This document shows positions 10,986-27,382 of a stretch of DNA of 64,000 bases, piece by piece. The stretch's first letter is position 1. Each line of letters opens with the position of its first letter. The notes beneath the pieces are model-generated. The model worked only from the letters and a program-made list of their open reading frames with translations, searched no databases and was not told where the DNA came from. Origin of the DNA: the human T2T-CHM13v2.0 reference genome, Homo sapiens; assembly GCF_009914755.1 (NCBI RefSeq), contig NC_060927.1; one strand, 5' to 3'. The position numbers and the translations under genes were made by a program.

Positions 10986-12015
10986 TTAATCTTGACCACA
11001 AGATACAACTTCCATAAGCCTTTCATAACCTATATTTAGGAGGTGGTTAATGAGTCAAGAAAACCTTGTTAATCTGACATGGGCCCATATGCTTGTGCCT
11101 TTGACATTAATGATTAATTTATAGAGAAACAGAACTTATTTTATCTCTCAAAATCAGCCCTTACAATTTCATATGCCCATCTCTTCTGCAATAGTCCCTG
11201 GGCCTTGAGGAGCTAAATAGTTTTAATTTCTGGCCCTGTGTTTCAGGAATGCAGTTTATTTTGATTGGCATCTTCTACCAGGCCTGAAGATGGGGATTTA
11301 ATTGCTGTCAGTGTTTAAAATTTAGCAGGACTTGGTGTCCTTTTTAGACCCAGGAGTCAAAGCCCTATAACTCAATGTCATAAGTCCTTCAAAAACACAT
11401 ACAGAAAGATACATGGAAGTAATAACCTTAATAAAAAAAAATTTTCAATCTTCGTTTTTTTCCTAAGCAAACCAAAACTTTATAACAATGTGACAACTTG
11501 ATTATATAAAAGTTTTGTTTTTAAAAAAATTTTATTACACAGACCATTCATGACATGCTTGGAGTTTCTGGTTTATCCTGAACATCCCTCCTTCTTAAAC
11601 AGCCAGTTATTTTAATGTAGGACTGAATTTACCATATGAGATTCTTTCTAAAATGAAATTATTTTTCTTTAAGCTTTCTCATAAAAAAAATCTCTATTTT
11701 TATAACTTTCTTTACATCTCTTGTATGTCCTCATTCTTTTTACCTTGTTTTATACATGACCTTTAAATAAGCTTTGAATTAGACAAAAATTGTTCATCTT
11801 TTTTTTAAAGGACACACTTTTTTTTAGAAAGAATGTTTTCCTACAAATATATTTTTATTGGAAAATACCCAAATAGTGAAATATCTGTTATTTAATTTAA
11901 TATAACTTTAGATTCTAAATTATGATGAATTTGTCTACAAGTATTTATCCTATTACATTTACCTAATTATTTTATTTTAATTGTTTACCTAGATTATTTA
12001 CAAAAGCTGTGATAG

Positions 12016-12380
<365 letters not shown>

Positions 12381-12884
12381 TTATAACTGAGACTGTAAAA
12401 AAGATTTGACTCAACTGACTCCATCTTGCTGTTAACCTTTGGGCTGTTCTTGTTCATTCCTGAGTGTAGGCTGAGCTAACTTTGGAAAGAACTTAGTTTA
12501 TAGTTTATTTTTGAAACAAAGATAATAATAAACCTTACAGACCGTGGACTAGCCCACCTAAAACCACAAGATTAAAAATTATGGTAATCTTACTAAATTC
12601 AAGATGTAGCAATTTTTATTAAACCAATATCAATGTCTTATTTATTAAAGATGACACAAGCAAGGATCATTCGGTTTTGGGCTGGGTTTGTAGTTTTACA
12701 ACCCCTATGCCAAATTTTGACACCTTATAGTATTTGGCAGTGATAAGTATGAAATTGCTTAATAAATGCAAGCAAAAATGTATGCTGGCAAAGTCTTAAG
12801 ACATTTCTAATATTATTTTGCCAATAATTTAAGAGCCAGCTTATTTACTAAAGATTTTACTTAAGTCATGTGAAACTGAAATAG

Positions 12885-13222
<338 letters not shown>

Positions 13223-13774
13223 TTATTTATTTATTTGTAAGCCAATTAATTAGAGCTCTTTTGTATATTTTTAGTAGTGAAATATTGTGTACACAACACA
13301 TACATATATAGATGTATTAGGCATGTCAATAGAAGTACATCTTATAAATTCATAAAGACCTTCTTTTTTTTCTTTTCTTTAAATCTTACCCTAGGCAGTC
13401 ATCAGCTAAATAGCCTTAAATGTGCATATTAAAGGAAACAACTCAGGTGAAAATCAGATAACAAAATTTACATCATAAGATATGAAGAAAAAGTCTGGTG
13501 AGCTAGAGGGAAATTAAAGTGAATTTAATTGCCAATAGAACATAAAGTTATAGGAGTCTATTATAAAGGCCTTCAAATATATATACACACACTTATACAT
13601 ATACATACACACATACACACACAGAAAGATTCTATAGTTTTTACTTCAGTACTTTAGATACTGATAAATACAAGTTCACCAGCTTGCAAAAACAAACAAA
13701 CAAACAAACAAACAAACAAACCTGTTAGAGCCAAACAGTGGTTTTTATCTTAGTAGAAAAGTAACAGCAGATTT

Positions 13775-14159
<385 letters not shown>

Positions 14160-15975
14160 CTAGGAATGCTATAGTTTGCAGGTTGGCCTTAGGGCTCTTT
14201 TTCCTTAATGTCAATGTGCACAAAGACCATATTGTCTCCATTTTATTCTGGCAAGTAGAGGTTCCATAAAACCTACAGAGTGCTTGAAAGGGGGTCATTC
14301 TCCTTGTTTTCTCCTAATTCTTATATTATTTGTGTCCCACTTTTTTTTTTTATTATTAAAAGGAGGAACTGAGCTGTGGCCTAGGGTTTTTTGTGTGGTG
14401 GATCGATGTGTGCTGCTTGTGGGCAAGACTCCACAGTGTGTCACCACTGAGTTGTTTCCACCTTCTTACATGTCTCAGTTTCTCTCTCCAGAGGTCTATG
14501 ACCTCTGAGAGGGCTGCCAGGTGATCAGTCCTTATATGCATTTTCTGGATAAGCCATTTTTAAAATTAATTTTTGTTGGGGATTTCCCTGCAGGGCCACT
14601 GCATGGGGGATCAACTCCCCAGACACTGCCACAAGGCCCCCAGCCATCCAGGAGCACCTTTCGGCTGGGAGGAGCACATCCCCTTTCTCTTTGGATCTGA
14701 GAAAAACTCAGTCTCTCATTAACCTATGAAAACACCAGTTCAGTTCCTCACACAAATGTGCACAGAGAAACTGAATTAAGATTAATTTTGGGAGAAAAAG
14801 CAATAGAGAAGACCCTGTAGAATGCATCTCTGAACTAGAATTAGGATCCTTAACCAACACCTTCCTAGGAGAGAAAAGAAAAAAAAAAAGAAAAACAGCC
14901 AATACTACTTCCTGTAAACTGTGTTCAGCCACCTGTAACTTTGTAGCTCTCACCCAACATTATACATGCTAAGGTCAAATCCTCTCATAGTGCAAATTCA
15001 TCTCTGGTACCCCCAAAGCCAAAGAGGTCAGGTCATGCAATACAGGAAAACAGAGCTTTAGACCTAAAAGGAATCTACCCATGACTCTTGAAACTCCACA
15101 AAGAAAACAAAACACCCCAAAAGGGGGTGAGTAGCACCTTTGTTCTGAATTCTTTAAAGGGGTTCAAGTCATTAGAAGCCTTCTCTAGGTTTTTTGGTAC
15201 TGCAGATGGCAAAGGGGGAAGAAGGTATAGGGCAGAAGAAAAGTAATCAAAGGAACAATTTTTTTTTAAGACAGGAAGCAAACACAGAAACCAAACACAT
15301 GTTTTTTTGTTTTCTCTCTTTTTTTTAAATTTTGCAGCTGCAAGGAATTTTAGCCAAATTAGAGAGACCTTGTTACCCATAATTTGGAATTCTCACTCAG
15401 ATTTGACCAAGGCAGGTAGAGTTGTCAAATCCAATGGGAGAAAGCCTGGAACAAAACAACAATGAAAACCCCCAACAATATGATAATTGAGTGCTCTAAT
15501 GGTAAGGAGAAATTAAGACCAGGTGGTTGTTAAACTTTAGCCAGGGCAAAACCGCAATTCAGCTTCTTACCTAGGGTTGGGTCTCAGGCTGAAGACTGTT
15601 TTCTACCACCCTAGAAGCAGGAAAAACTTGAACTCATCTTCCCCGCTGGGAGCAGGCTCAAACTCTAGCAAAGAGTTACCTGCCTTCCATCATCATGGAA
15701 ACAAAAAATCTTGCCTTCCTTTTTGAAAGCAAGTAAAACTCAAACAAAACAAAACAAAACAAAACAAAACAAAACAAAAACGGAAATGTACAGCAAAATA
15801 AACTTTAGCTCTCCACCAAATTTTGGGTGACCTTCTGGAGGGGTGCTCCCAGACCTCAGCAAATTGTCCTATTGGTTTGAGCTATAAAGTTAGCTCATGT
15901 TGGCATCAAGCACCAATAGGAAATTTGTCAAAGGTCAGGGACATCTCCACTCAGAAGCCATCCATGGTTACCAAA

Positions 15976-16427
15976 TGTGAATCCTGAAAATTTGAGACAT
16001 GTCTCAGTTAATTTAGAAAGTTTATTTTGCTAAGTTTGAGGATGTGCACCCATGACACGGCCTCAGGAGGTCCTGATGACACGTGCCCAAGGTGGTCATA
16101 GCACAGCTTGGCATTATACATTTTAGGGAGACATGAGACATCAATCAATGTATGTAAAATAAACATTGATTCAGTTTGAAAAGGAAAGGTGGGACAACTT
16201 GAAGTGGGGAGAAGTCTTCCAGGTCACAGGTAGGTGAGAGACAAATGGTTGCATTCTTTTGAGTTTCTGATTAGCCTCTCCAAAGGAGGCAATCAGATAT
16301 GCATTTATTTCAGTGAGCAGAGAGGTGACTGAACAGAATGGGAGGCAGGTTTGCCCTAAGTAGATCCCAGCTTGACTTTTCCCTTTAGCTTAGTGATTTT
16401 GGGGGCCCAAGATATCTTCTTTTCACA
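15976..16427 (-). mobile_element. MER4A-like 5' LTR
   Basis: TG...CA termini; minus strand begins tgtgaaaagaagatatcttgggcccccaaaatcactaagctaaaggg. Confidence 0.75.
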
Positions 16428-17011
16428 CTAGGCATATGATGAATAAGGTAGTAACTCTGGAAACTAGATTCTCCCCTTTTCCCAGAGTTTGCTGGGTTTT
16501 TTTTCTTTCTTTTTAAAATTTAAGTTGTTGTGGGTTGTCTCTGTGCCAGGATCAGCCTGAAGTGTAAACTTAAGGTCTCTCAGATCTTTTCTAGACCTGT
16601 CCTTTTTCCTGGGTATGTGCAGTGGCTTTATAATTTGGTTGCTTGGAATATCCTAGCTTTTAAATCCCTGGCTCCCAAAAGAGGAAAAAGAGAAAAATGA
16701 AGTGTGAGGGGAAAAAAAGACATTCTAGTCCTTTAAATCTTTTGGATGTTGCTTCAGCTGGAGGGGGAGGGGCTTGCAACAATGGGGTGAGGGTGTGGCA
16801 GGTTGTAACAATGATTGCCCACCTCAGTGTCTGACCTCTGTGATCAGAAGCAGCAATCAGTAATCAGAGCACAAGTTGCCAACATTTGGAGGACAGGATC
16901 CTCATTGTCTACCTGAGTTTCTGTGAACTGTGCAAGGTGCTCCTGGAACGTGTGCATGGATGCCTACCACAGTGCTTGGGGGTGGGTAATGGGTAGATAC
17001 TGCCATGCTGA

Positions 17012-17949
<938 letters not shown>

Positions 17950-18835
17950 CTAAGAACTGAAATGGATCAAAGTTAATGCCAATTTACAGTCCAAGCCTTA
18001 CCTTGCAAGTTACAAGCCTTCTTCTAAACTCCAGAGTTCCAAAACAGCTACATCAGGTAGATTCTGCCAGCACAGCAGTTGTCTAGATGGAGAGATTGAT
18101 CCCTGCCATCTGCCCGGAATCCTCTCTCCTTCACTTTTGAAGGATAATTTTGCTGGATATAGAATTCTAGGCTGGAGTTTAAAATTTTTCAATTCCTTAA
18201 GTATTTCACTCCATTCTCTTCTTACTTGCATGATTTCTGAGCAAAGTTCAATGTAATTTTTATCCTTGTCCCTCTATAGGTAATGCATTGTTTTTCCTCT
18301 GGCTTCTTTCAGAAGTTTCTATTTTTCTTTGATGTTCTGCAGTTTGACTATGATATGCCTAGGTGTGGATATTTTGATATTTATCCTGCCTGTTGTTCTC
18401 TGAATTTCCTGGATCTGCGTTTTGTTGTCTGTCATTAATTCTGGGAAATTCTCAGCCATTATTACTTTAAACATTTCTTCTGTTATTTTCTCTCTCTTTT
18501 CTTCTGGTATTCTCATTATGCATATGTTACAGCTTTTGTATTTATCTCATAGTTCTTAGATTTTGTGTTTTATTTTTTCATTCATTTTTCTTTCTGCATT
18601 TCAGTTTGGGAAGTTTGTATTGACATGTTCTCAAGGTCACTGATTTTTTTTCCTTGGCCATGTCCAGTCTACCCATAAGCCCATCAAACAAATTCTTCAT
18701 TTCTGTTGGTGTTGTTTTTTATTTCTAGCATGTTGCTTCATTACTCATCTCTTCTTTCCTATTGTTCCCCTTTCCACTAGATTCCTTAGAATATTAATCA
18801 TAGTTATATTACATTCTCAGTCTGATAATTCAAAA

Positions 18836-19276
18836 TGTTGCATGCATCCATGTAAAGAGACCACCAAATGGATTTTGTGTGAGCAATAAAGCTTTTTTAA
18901 TCTCCTGGGTGCAGGCAGACTGAGTCCAAAAAAGGAGTTAGCAAAGGGAATAGGGGTGGGGCAGATTTATAGGATTTGGGTAGGTAGTGGAAAATTACAG
19001 TTAAAGGGAGTTGTTCTCTTGCGGGCAGGGGCAGGGTCACAAGGTGCTTGGTGGGGAGTTCCTGAGATTCACTGTCCAGGAGAAGGAATGTTACAAGGTC
19101 AACTGATCAGTTAGGGTGGGGCAGGAACAAATCACAATGGTGGAATGTCATCAGTTAAGACAGGAACCGACTATTCTCACTTCTTTTGTGGTTCTTCAGT
19201 TGCTTCAGGACAGCTAGATGTATATGTGCAGGTCACAGGGGATCTGATGGCTTAGCTTGGGCTCAGATGCCTGACA
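18836..19276 (-). mobile_element. LTR7-family (HERV-H) 3' LTR
   Basis: Minus strand begins tgtcaggcatctgagcccaagctaagccatc; preceded by a purine-rich tract and the env end. Confidence 0.88.
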
Positions 19277-19680
19277 TTTTTGTCTTCTTATATTAGTAAG
19301 AAAAACAAAACAAAATAGTGGTGAAGTGTTGGGGTGGCAAAAATTTTGGGGGGTAATATGGAGAGATAATGGGCAATGTTTCTCAGGGCTGCTTTGAGCA
19401 GGATTAGGGGCAGTGTGGGAACCTAGAGCGGGAGAGATTAAACTGAAAAAAGATTTTGGAGTAAGGGGTGATATTGTGGGGTTGTTAGAAGGAGCATTTG
19501 TCATATAGAATGATTGGTGATGGCCTGGATGTGGTTTTGTATGAATTGAGAAACTAAACAGAAGACACAAGGTCCAAATAAGAGAAGGACAAAAACAGGT
19601 ATTAAAGGACTAAGATTTGGGAGGACCCAGGACATCCAATTAGAGAGTGCCCAACAGGGTTCAGTGTAATTATTTGCTTG
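19277..19680 (-). pseudogene. HERV-H env 3' remnant
   Basis: WALSNWMSWVLPNLSPLIPVFVLLLFGPC...QNHIQAITNHSI in ORF 19501-19776. Confidence 0.8.
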
Positions 19681-20074
19681 TGTTGCTGTAAAGGAATACC
19701 CAAGGTAATTTACAAAGAGAAGAGATTTATTTGGCTCATGGTTCCATAGGCTATACAAGAAGTGTGGCACCAGCATCTCCTTCTGAGGAACTCAGGAAGC
19801 TTCCAATTATGGCAGAAGGTGAGGGGAGAGCATGCACATCACATGGTGAGAGAGGAAGGGAGTGACAGAAGGTTGGTGCCAGACTCTTTTTAACAATCAG
19901 ATCTTGTGTTAACTAATAGAGTAGAAGTCACCCATTACTACAAGGGCAGCACCACGCTGTTCATGAGGGAATCTGCCCCCATGTCCCAAACACTTCCCAC
20001 CAGGCACCACCTCTAATATTGTAGATCAACTGTCAACATGATATTTGGAGGGGACAAATATCCAAACTATATCA
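19675..20074 (-). mobile_element. MST (MaLR) LTR
   Basis: tgttgctgtaaaggaatacc...ggctcatggttc...ccaaactatatca. Confidence 0.8.
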
Positions 20075-21084
20075 GAAAGCTTTCAGGTTTTTCCCATTGA
20101 TTACAATGTTAGTTGTGTGCTTTTCACATATGATCTTTACAGTGTTGGAATGTTTCTTGAATACTTCTTGAGAATTTTTATCATGAATGCATGCTGAATT
20201 TTGTCAAAATTTTTTTCTGTATCTATTGAGATAATCATGTGTTTTTAATCTTTCATTTTGTTAATGTGGTGTATCAAGTTTATTGATTTGTGTGTGTTGA
20301 ACCATCCTTGCATCCAAGGGATAAATCTCACTTGATAATGGTGTATGATTTTCTTAATGTGTTATTTAATTCAGTTTGCTAGTATTTTATTGAGGACTTT
20401 TGCATCCATGTTCATCAAGAATGTTGTCCTATAACTTCCTTTTCTTGTGATGTCTTTGTCTAGCTTTGGTATCAGGGTGATGCTAGCCTCATGAAATAAG
20501 TTTCTTCCTTTTTTTTTGGAAAAGTTTAAGAAGAATTGATATTAATTATTCTCTGAATGTTTGGTACAATTTACCCATGAGGACTTCTGGTCCTGTGCTT
20601 TTCTTTTTTGGGAAGTTTTCGATTACTAGTTCAATCTCCTTATGCATTATTGATCTACTCAGGCTTTCTATTTCTTCTTGATTCAGATTTGATATGTTGT
20701 ATGTTTTTAAGAATTCATCCATTTCTGATAGGTTATCCAATTTTTTGGAGTATAGTTGTTTATAATAGTCCCTTATGAAACTTATTTCTGAAGCATCCAT
20801 TGTAGTGTCTCTGCTTTCATGTCCCATTTTATTTACTTGAGTTTTCTTTCCATTTTTCTTAGTCTAGTTAAGTCTTTGTTAATTTTATCTTTTCAAAAAA
20901 CTAAGTCTTAGTTTTGTTGATTTTTAAATATTTTTCCCATTCTCCATTTGATTTATTTTTGTGCTAATTTTTTTTTATTTCTTTTCTTCTGGTAACTTTG
21001 GGCTTAGTTAGTTCTTTTTTTTTAGTTCTTTGAGGTATAAAGTTAGGTTATTTGAGATCTTTCTCCATATTAAGTGAAGGTATA

Positions 21085-21438
21085 TGATACGGTTTTGCTG
21101 TGCCCCCACCCAAATCTCATCTTGAATTGTAGCTCCCACAATTCCCATGTGTTGTGGGAGGGACCGGGTGGGAGGTAATTGAATCATGGGGGCGGGTCTT
21201 TCCTATGCTATTCTCATGATAGTGAATATATATCACAAGATCTGATGGTTTTATGAAGGGGAGTTTCCCGCACAAGCTTTCTTCCCTTGTCGGCCACCAC
21301 TTGAGACATGGCTTTCACCTCCTGCGATGATTGTGAGGTCTCCCCAGCCATGTGGAACTGAGTCTATTAAACCTTTCTTCTGTAAATTGTCCAGTCTCAG
21401 ATAGATCTTTATCAGCAGCGTGAAAACGGACTAATACA
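21085..21438 (+). mobile_element. THE1 solo LTR
   Basis: tgatacggttttgctgtg...ggactaataca; 5-bp TSD GTATA. Confidence 0.92.
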
Positions 21439-22489
21439 GTATATAATACTATAAATTTCTCTCTTAGTATTGCTTTTGCTGAGTCTCATGAATTTTGATA
21501 GGTTGTGTTTTTGTTTGTTTGTCTGAAGATATGCTTTTAAAATCCCTTTTGATTTCCTGTTTGACACAATGATTGTTCAAGAGTCTGTTGTTTAGTTTTC
21601 ATGTATTTGTAAATTTTCCTTTTTTTAACTATTATTGATTTCTAGTTTCATTCTGTTGTGGTCAGAAAAAAATGCATGAAACAATTTTTATCTTAAATTT
21701 GTTAAGACTTGTTTTTTGACTTAACATGTGATCTATTCTGAAGGATGTTCTGTGTACACTTGAGAATGAATGTATATTCTTCTGCTGTTGGGTAGAATGT
21801 TTTCTATGTTTCTATTAGGTTCATTTGGCCTATATTGTTGTTCAAATCAGCTGTTTCTTTATTGGTTTTTCTGTCTGGATGTTTTATCCATTTATAAAAT
21901 TAAGGGTATATTCAATATAATCCATAGGCTTTAAAAAATGTGGGGCATAGAAGTCCCCTGATATTACTGTATTGCTATTAATATCTCCCTTTAGATTTGT
22001 TGATATTTGCTCTGCATGTTCAGGTATTCTGATATTGAGTGCATCTACATTTAGAATTGTCATATCTTCCTGTTGTGTTGGCCCTTTTATCATTAGATAA
22101 TGAATTTCTCTGTCTCTTGTGACAGTTTTTTTACTTAGGAGTCTATTTTGTCTAATATTAATATAGCTACCCCTGCTTTTTGTTGGTTACCATTTGCATG
22201 AAATATCTTTTTCCATTCCTTCACTTTAAGCCTATCTATGCTCTTAAATCTAGAGTCTTTTGTAGACAGCATATTGCTGGATGTTGCTATTGTTGTTTGA
22301 TCCATTTGGCTACTCTATGCCTTTTGATTGAAGAGTTAAATCCACTTAAGTTTAAAGTGATTATTGATAGATGAAAACTTACTACAGCCATTTTGTTTTT
22401 TGCCTATTTTGCACTTATTGTATTCCTCTTTCTCTCTTCCTGGTTTCCTTTGTTGTTTGATGATTTTCTGTAATGTTTTGTTTAAATTC

Positions 22490-22782
22490 TTTTTTTTGTT
22501 TTTTTTTGAGACGGTCTCACTCTGTCTCCCAGGCTGGAATGCAGTGGCATTATCTAACCTCTGCCTCCCAGGCTCAAGCAATTCTTGTGCCTCAGCCACC
22601 TGAGTAGCTGGGATAACAGGCGTACACCACCACACCAAGCTGATTTTTTTTTCTGTATTTTGAGTAGAGATGGGGTTTTGCCATGTTGGCCAGGTTGGTC
22701 TTGAACTCCTGACCTCAAGTGATCTGCCTGTCTCAGCCTCCCAAAGTGCTGGGATTACAGGCATGAGCCACTGCACCCAGCC
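22490..22782 (-). mobile_element. Alu (S/J)
   Basis: Antisense Alu; TSD taaattctttt. Confidence 0.9.
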
Positions 22783-23271
22783 TAAATTCTTTTGTTTAAA
22801 CTTATATATCTATTAAGAGGTTTTTTTTCTTTGTTGTTATCTCTAGGTTTGCATAAAATATCTTGTAGTTATAACCATTTATTTTAATTTGATAACAAGT
22901 TACCTTCAATTCTACATAAAAACTCTACACTTTTACTTCCTGCACCCACTTTATGTTCTTGTAGTCTGATTTTACTTTTTAAAATATTGTGTATATATTA
23001 ACAAACTTTATTTTGACTTTCATATGACGGTTAAAATAGTTTATCCTCATAATGTTACATTATTTTGTATTTTTCTATGTATTTGCCAGTGAGATTTATG
23101 TTCTTATATGCTTTCACATTGCTGTTTAGCATGCTTTTATTTTTTATTTCAATTTGAGGAACTCCCTTAAGCATTTCCTGTAACACAGAGCTGGTGGTGA
23201 TTAATTCACTCAGTTTTTTTTCTTTTCTGGAAAGAGTTTATCTTTCCTTCATTAAAGAAATTTTTTTTTAA

Positions 23272-23688
<417 letters not shown>

Positions 23689-23804
23689 TCTCTTTCACTT
23701 TTAAGGATTAATTTTGCTAGGTATAGTATTCTTGGTTGGCAGGTTTTTTTTTTTTCTTTCAGTACTTTGAGTATCTCATTCTACTCTCTTTCTGGGCTTT
23801 TAAG

Positions 23805-24542
<738 letters not shown>

Positions 24543-26147
24543 CAAGGTCTGCTGAGAAATATACTGATAGTCTTATGGGGGTTTCCTCACATGTGATACG
24601 TTGCTTTTCTCTTGTTGAAAAAAATTCTATCTTTTGTTTCTGACTTGTGAAAATGTAATTATAATGTGCTTTGATATAGACCTCTTTATGTTCAACCTAT
24701 TGAGGTATTTTGGATTTCTCGAATATGAATATCTATTTTCTTCACCAGATTTGGGAAGTTTTCTGTCATTATTTCTTTAGATTATCTTTCTGCTCTTTTC
24801 TCATTCCTTTCTCCTTCTGTGACTCTCATAATGTATTTATTGGTTGTCTTGACAGTGTCTCATATATCCTGTAGGCTTTCTCCACTTTTTTTCAGTCTTT
24901 TTTCTTTTTGTTTCTCTGACTGGATAATTTCAAGTGACCTGTCTTCTAGTTTGCTGATTTGTGCTTCTGCTTGATATAGTCTGTTGTTGAAGTTCTCTAT
25001 TGTATTTTACATTTTATTAATCATAATTATTTAGCTCCAGAATTTGTTTGGTTTTTATGATTTTGATCTCTTTCTTGAACTTATTGTTTTGTTCATGCAT
25101 TGTTTTCTTGATTTTGTTGAGTTACCTGTGTTCTTTTATAGCTTAGTGAGCTTTAAAAAAAAAAAACAAACAGTCATTTGAATTCTTTGTCAGGCAATTA
25201 ACAGGTCTCTATTTCTTTTGGGTTTGTTACTGAAAATGTACGTGTTTCACTGGTGGTGAAACATTTTTCCTATTTTTTGTGTTTATTGTAGCCTTGCTTT
25301 GGTATCGGCACATTTAAAGAAGTGGTTACCTCTTTCAGAATTAATGGATTGGCTTCAGTTGGGAAAGCTGCGCTCACCTGTTGGTGAGCATGAGGACATC
25401 AACTGGATGAAGTATATGGCTGAACCAAGTCTGAGGACAGGTGAGGATGCCAATTCTGAGGACATATGGAATATTGTTTTGAGGGCATCTGGGATTGCTC
25501 ATTCTGGGGGTGTATGATAGCACCAGTTTCAGATTTACATGGTAGTACCAATTTGGGGGAAGGGGCACGGCAGCACGGAGTCCAGGGGACACATCAGCAC
25601 TGGATTTTGTGGGCATGAAGTAGCACTGGGTCTGGGATGCCCAGGGATGGTGGCACAATGGTTGATAAAGGAAGGAATAAAGTGGCTTCAGTTCCAGGGG
25701 GCATAGATTTGTGGGCTCTGCTCAGTACTGGTTACAGTGCATGGATGGGAGTGCTAGGTCCTGAGTGTGAGTGTATGCAAAGTGGCACCAGGTTCAGGAC
25801 ACAGGTGCACTCATGGTGGCATGGCATGGGCTCTGGATGGCTCTGTCAGCTGGAATCCATGTCTGTAAAGACTGGGGATCCTCAACAGTATGGAGTGTCA
25901 CTGTGGTCTTCAGTGATGAAAGCTGCTGGGGTTTTCCTTCTCTCCTTTTCCTCCACAGGGCAAAATTGTGGCTAAAGAGTTTCCTCTTGGCTCTGAGCTA
26001 TGCCAGCCTAGAAGATGGGGGATGGGGTGAAGGTAAAATGGTTTTTCACGTTTCCTCTGTTTTTGTGCTCCGCTGGCTTACTGCATTTTCTTAACTATAC
26101 TCTAGAGCTCTCACAGAGCTATTTTCATCCCTGGATTGCCAAATTAT

Positions 26148-26246
26148 TGTTTTTATGGGTATTATGGGAGTTCCCCCTAGTTAACCATCTTGCTAATTGT
26201 TTTATGGGTATTATGGGCGCTCCCCCTAGTTAACCATCTTGCTAAT
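26148..26246 (+). repeat. ~50-bp tandem duplication
   Basis: tttatgggtattatggg...tccccctagttaaccatcttgctaat occurs twice. Confidence 0.9.
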
Positions 26247-26285
26247 GTCGCTCCCTTACACTGAATTTTTTTAAAAGACAGGGTT

Positions 26286-26864
26286 GGCTGGGCGCACTGG
26301 CTCACGCCTGTAATCCCAGCACTTTGGGAGGCCAAGGCAGGCAGATCACCTGAGGTCAGGAGTTCGAGACCAGCCTGGCCTATATGGTGAAACCCCGTCT
26401 CTACTAAAAATACAAACATTAGCCGGGCATGGTGGCATGTGCCTGTATTCCAGCTACTCAGGAGGCTGAGGCAGAAGAATCGCTTGAACCCAGGAGGTGG
26501 AGGTTGCAGTGAACTGAGATCACGTCACTGCACTCCAGCCTGAGCGACAGAGCGAGACTCCATCTCAAAACAAAACAAAACAAAACAAAAAAACAAAAAA
26601 AACAGGGTCTTGCCCTCTTGCACAGGCTGGTGTTCAGAGGCATGATCATGGTTCACTGTAGCCTTGACCTCTTGGGCTCAAGTGATCAGCCTCCCAAGTA
26701 ACTAGGACTCCAGGTGTGTGCCACTACATTTGGCTATTAAAAAAAATAGAGATGGGTTCTTGTTATGTTGCCCAAGCTGATCTTGAACTCTTGGCCTCAA
26801 GCAATCCTCCCACCTTGGCCTCCCAAAGTTCTAGGATTACAGGCATGAGTCACTGTGCCTGGCC
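26286..26864. mobile_element. AluS (+, 26286-26600) inserted into the 3' end of an antisense AluJ (26600-26864)
   Basis: TSD aaaa(g/a)acagggt on both sides of the + strand Alu. Confidence 0.85.
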
Positions 26865-27083
26865 TGAATTGATTTTAAATATTAAATGGAACTGCCATGC
26901 TACATCATTTTACCGTCAACTGGGTTTTACAGGGAACCATGTTTCCCAGAATCCTGTTCCATGTATACTTCTGAGTGACAATCAGTCCAAAGTGAAATTG
27001 CATAAGATTCAAGAGGTGAAAGTGAAGCAGCACATATTACTCTTTAAAGGCTGACATTGGTTAGCAATTAAGATTTATGCGCA

Positions 27084-27382
27084 GGCCGGGCATGGTGGCT
27101 CACGTCTGTGATCCCAGCACTTTGGGAGGCCGAGGTGGGAGGATAATGAGGTCAGGAGTTTGAGACCAGCCTGACCAACATGGTGAAACCTCATCTCTAC
27201 TAAAAACACAAAAATTAGCCGGGCCTGGTGGCACGCACCTGTAATCCCAGCTACTCAGGAGGCTGAGGCAGGAGACTAGCTTGAACCTGGGAGGCAGAGT
27301 TTGCAGTGAGCTGAGGTCACACCACTGCACTCCAGCCTGGGCGAGAGAGCGAGACTCGTCTCAAAAAAAAAAAAAAAAAAAA
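27084..27382 (+). mobile_element. AluS
   Basis: Full Alu with a pure poly-A tail. Confidence 0.92.
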
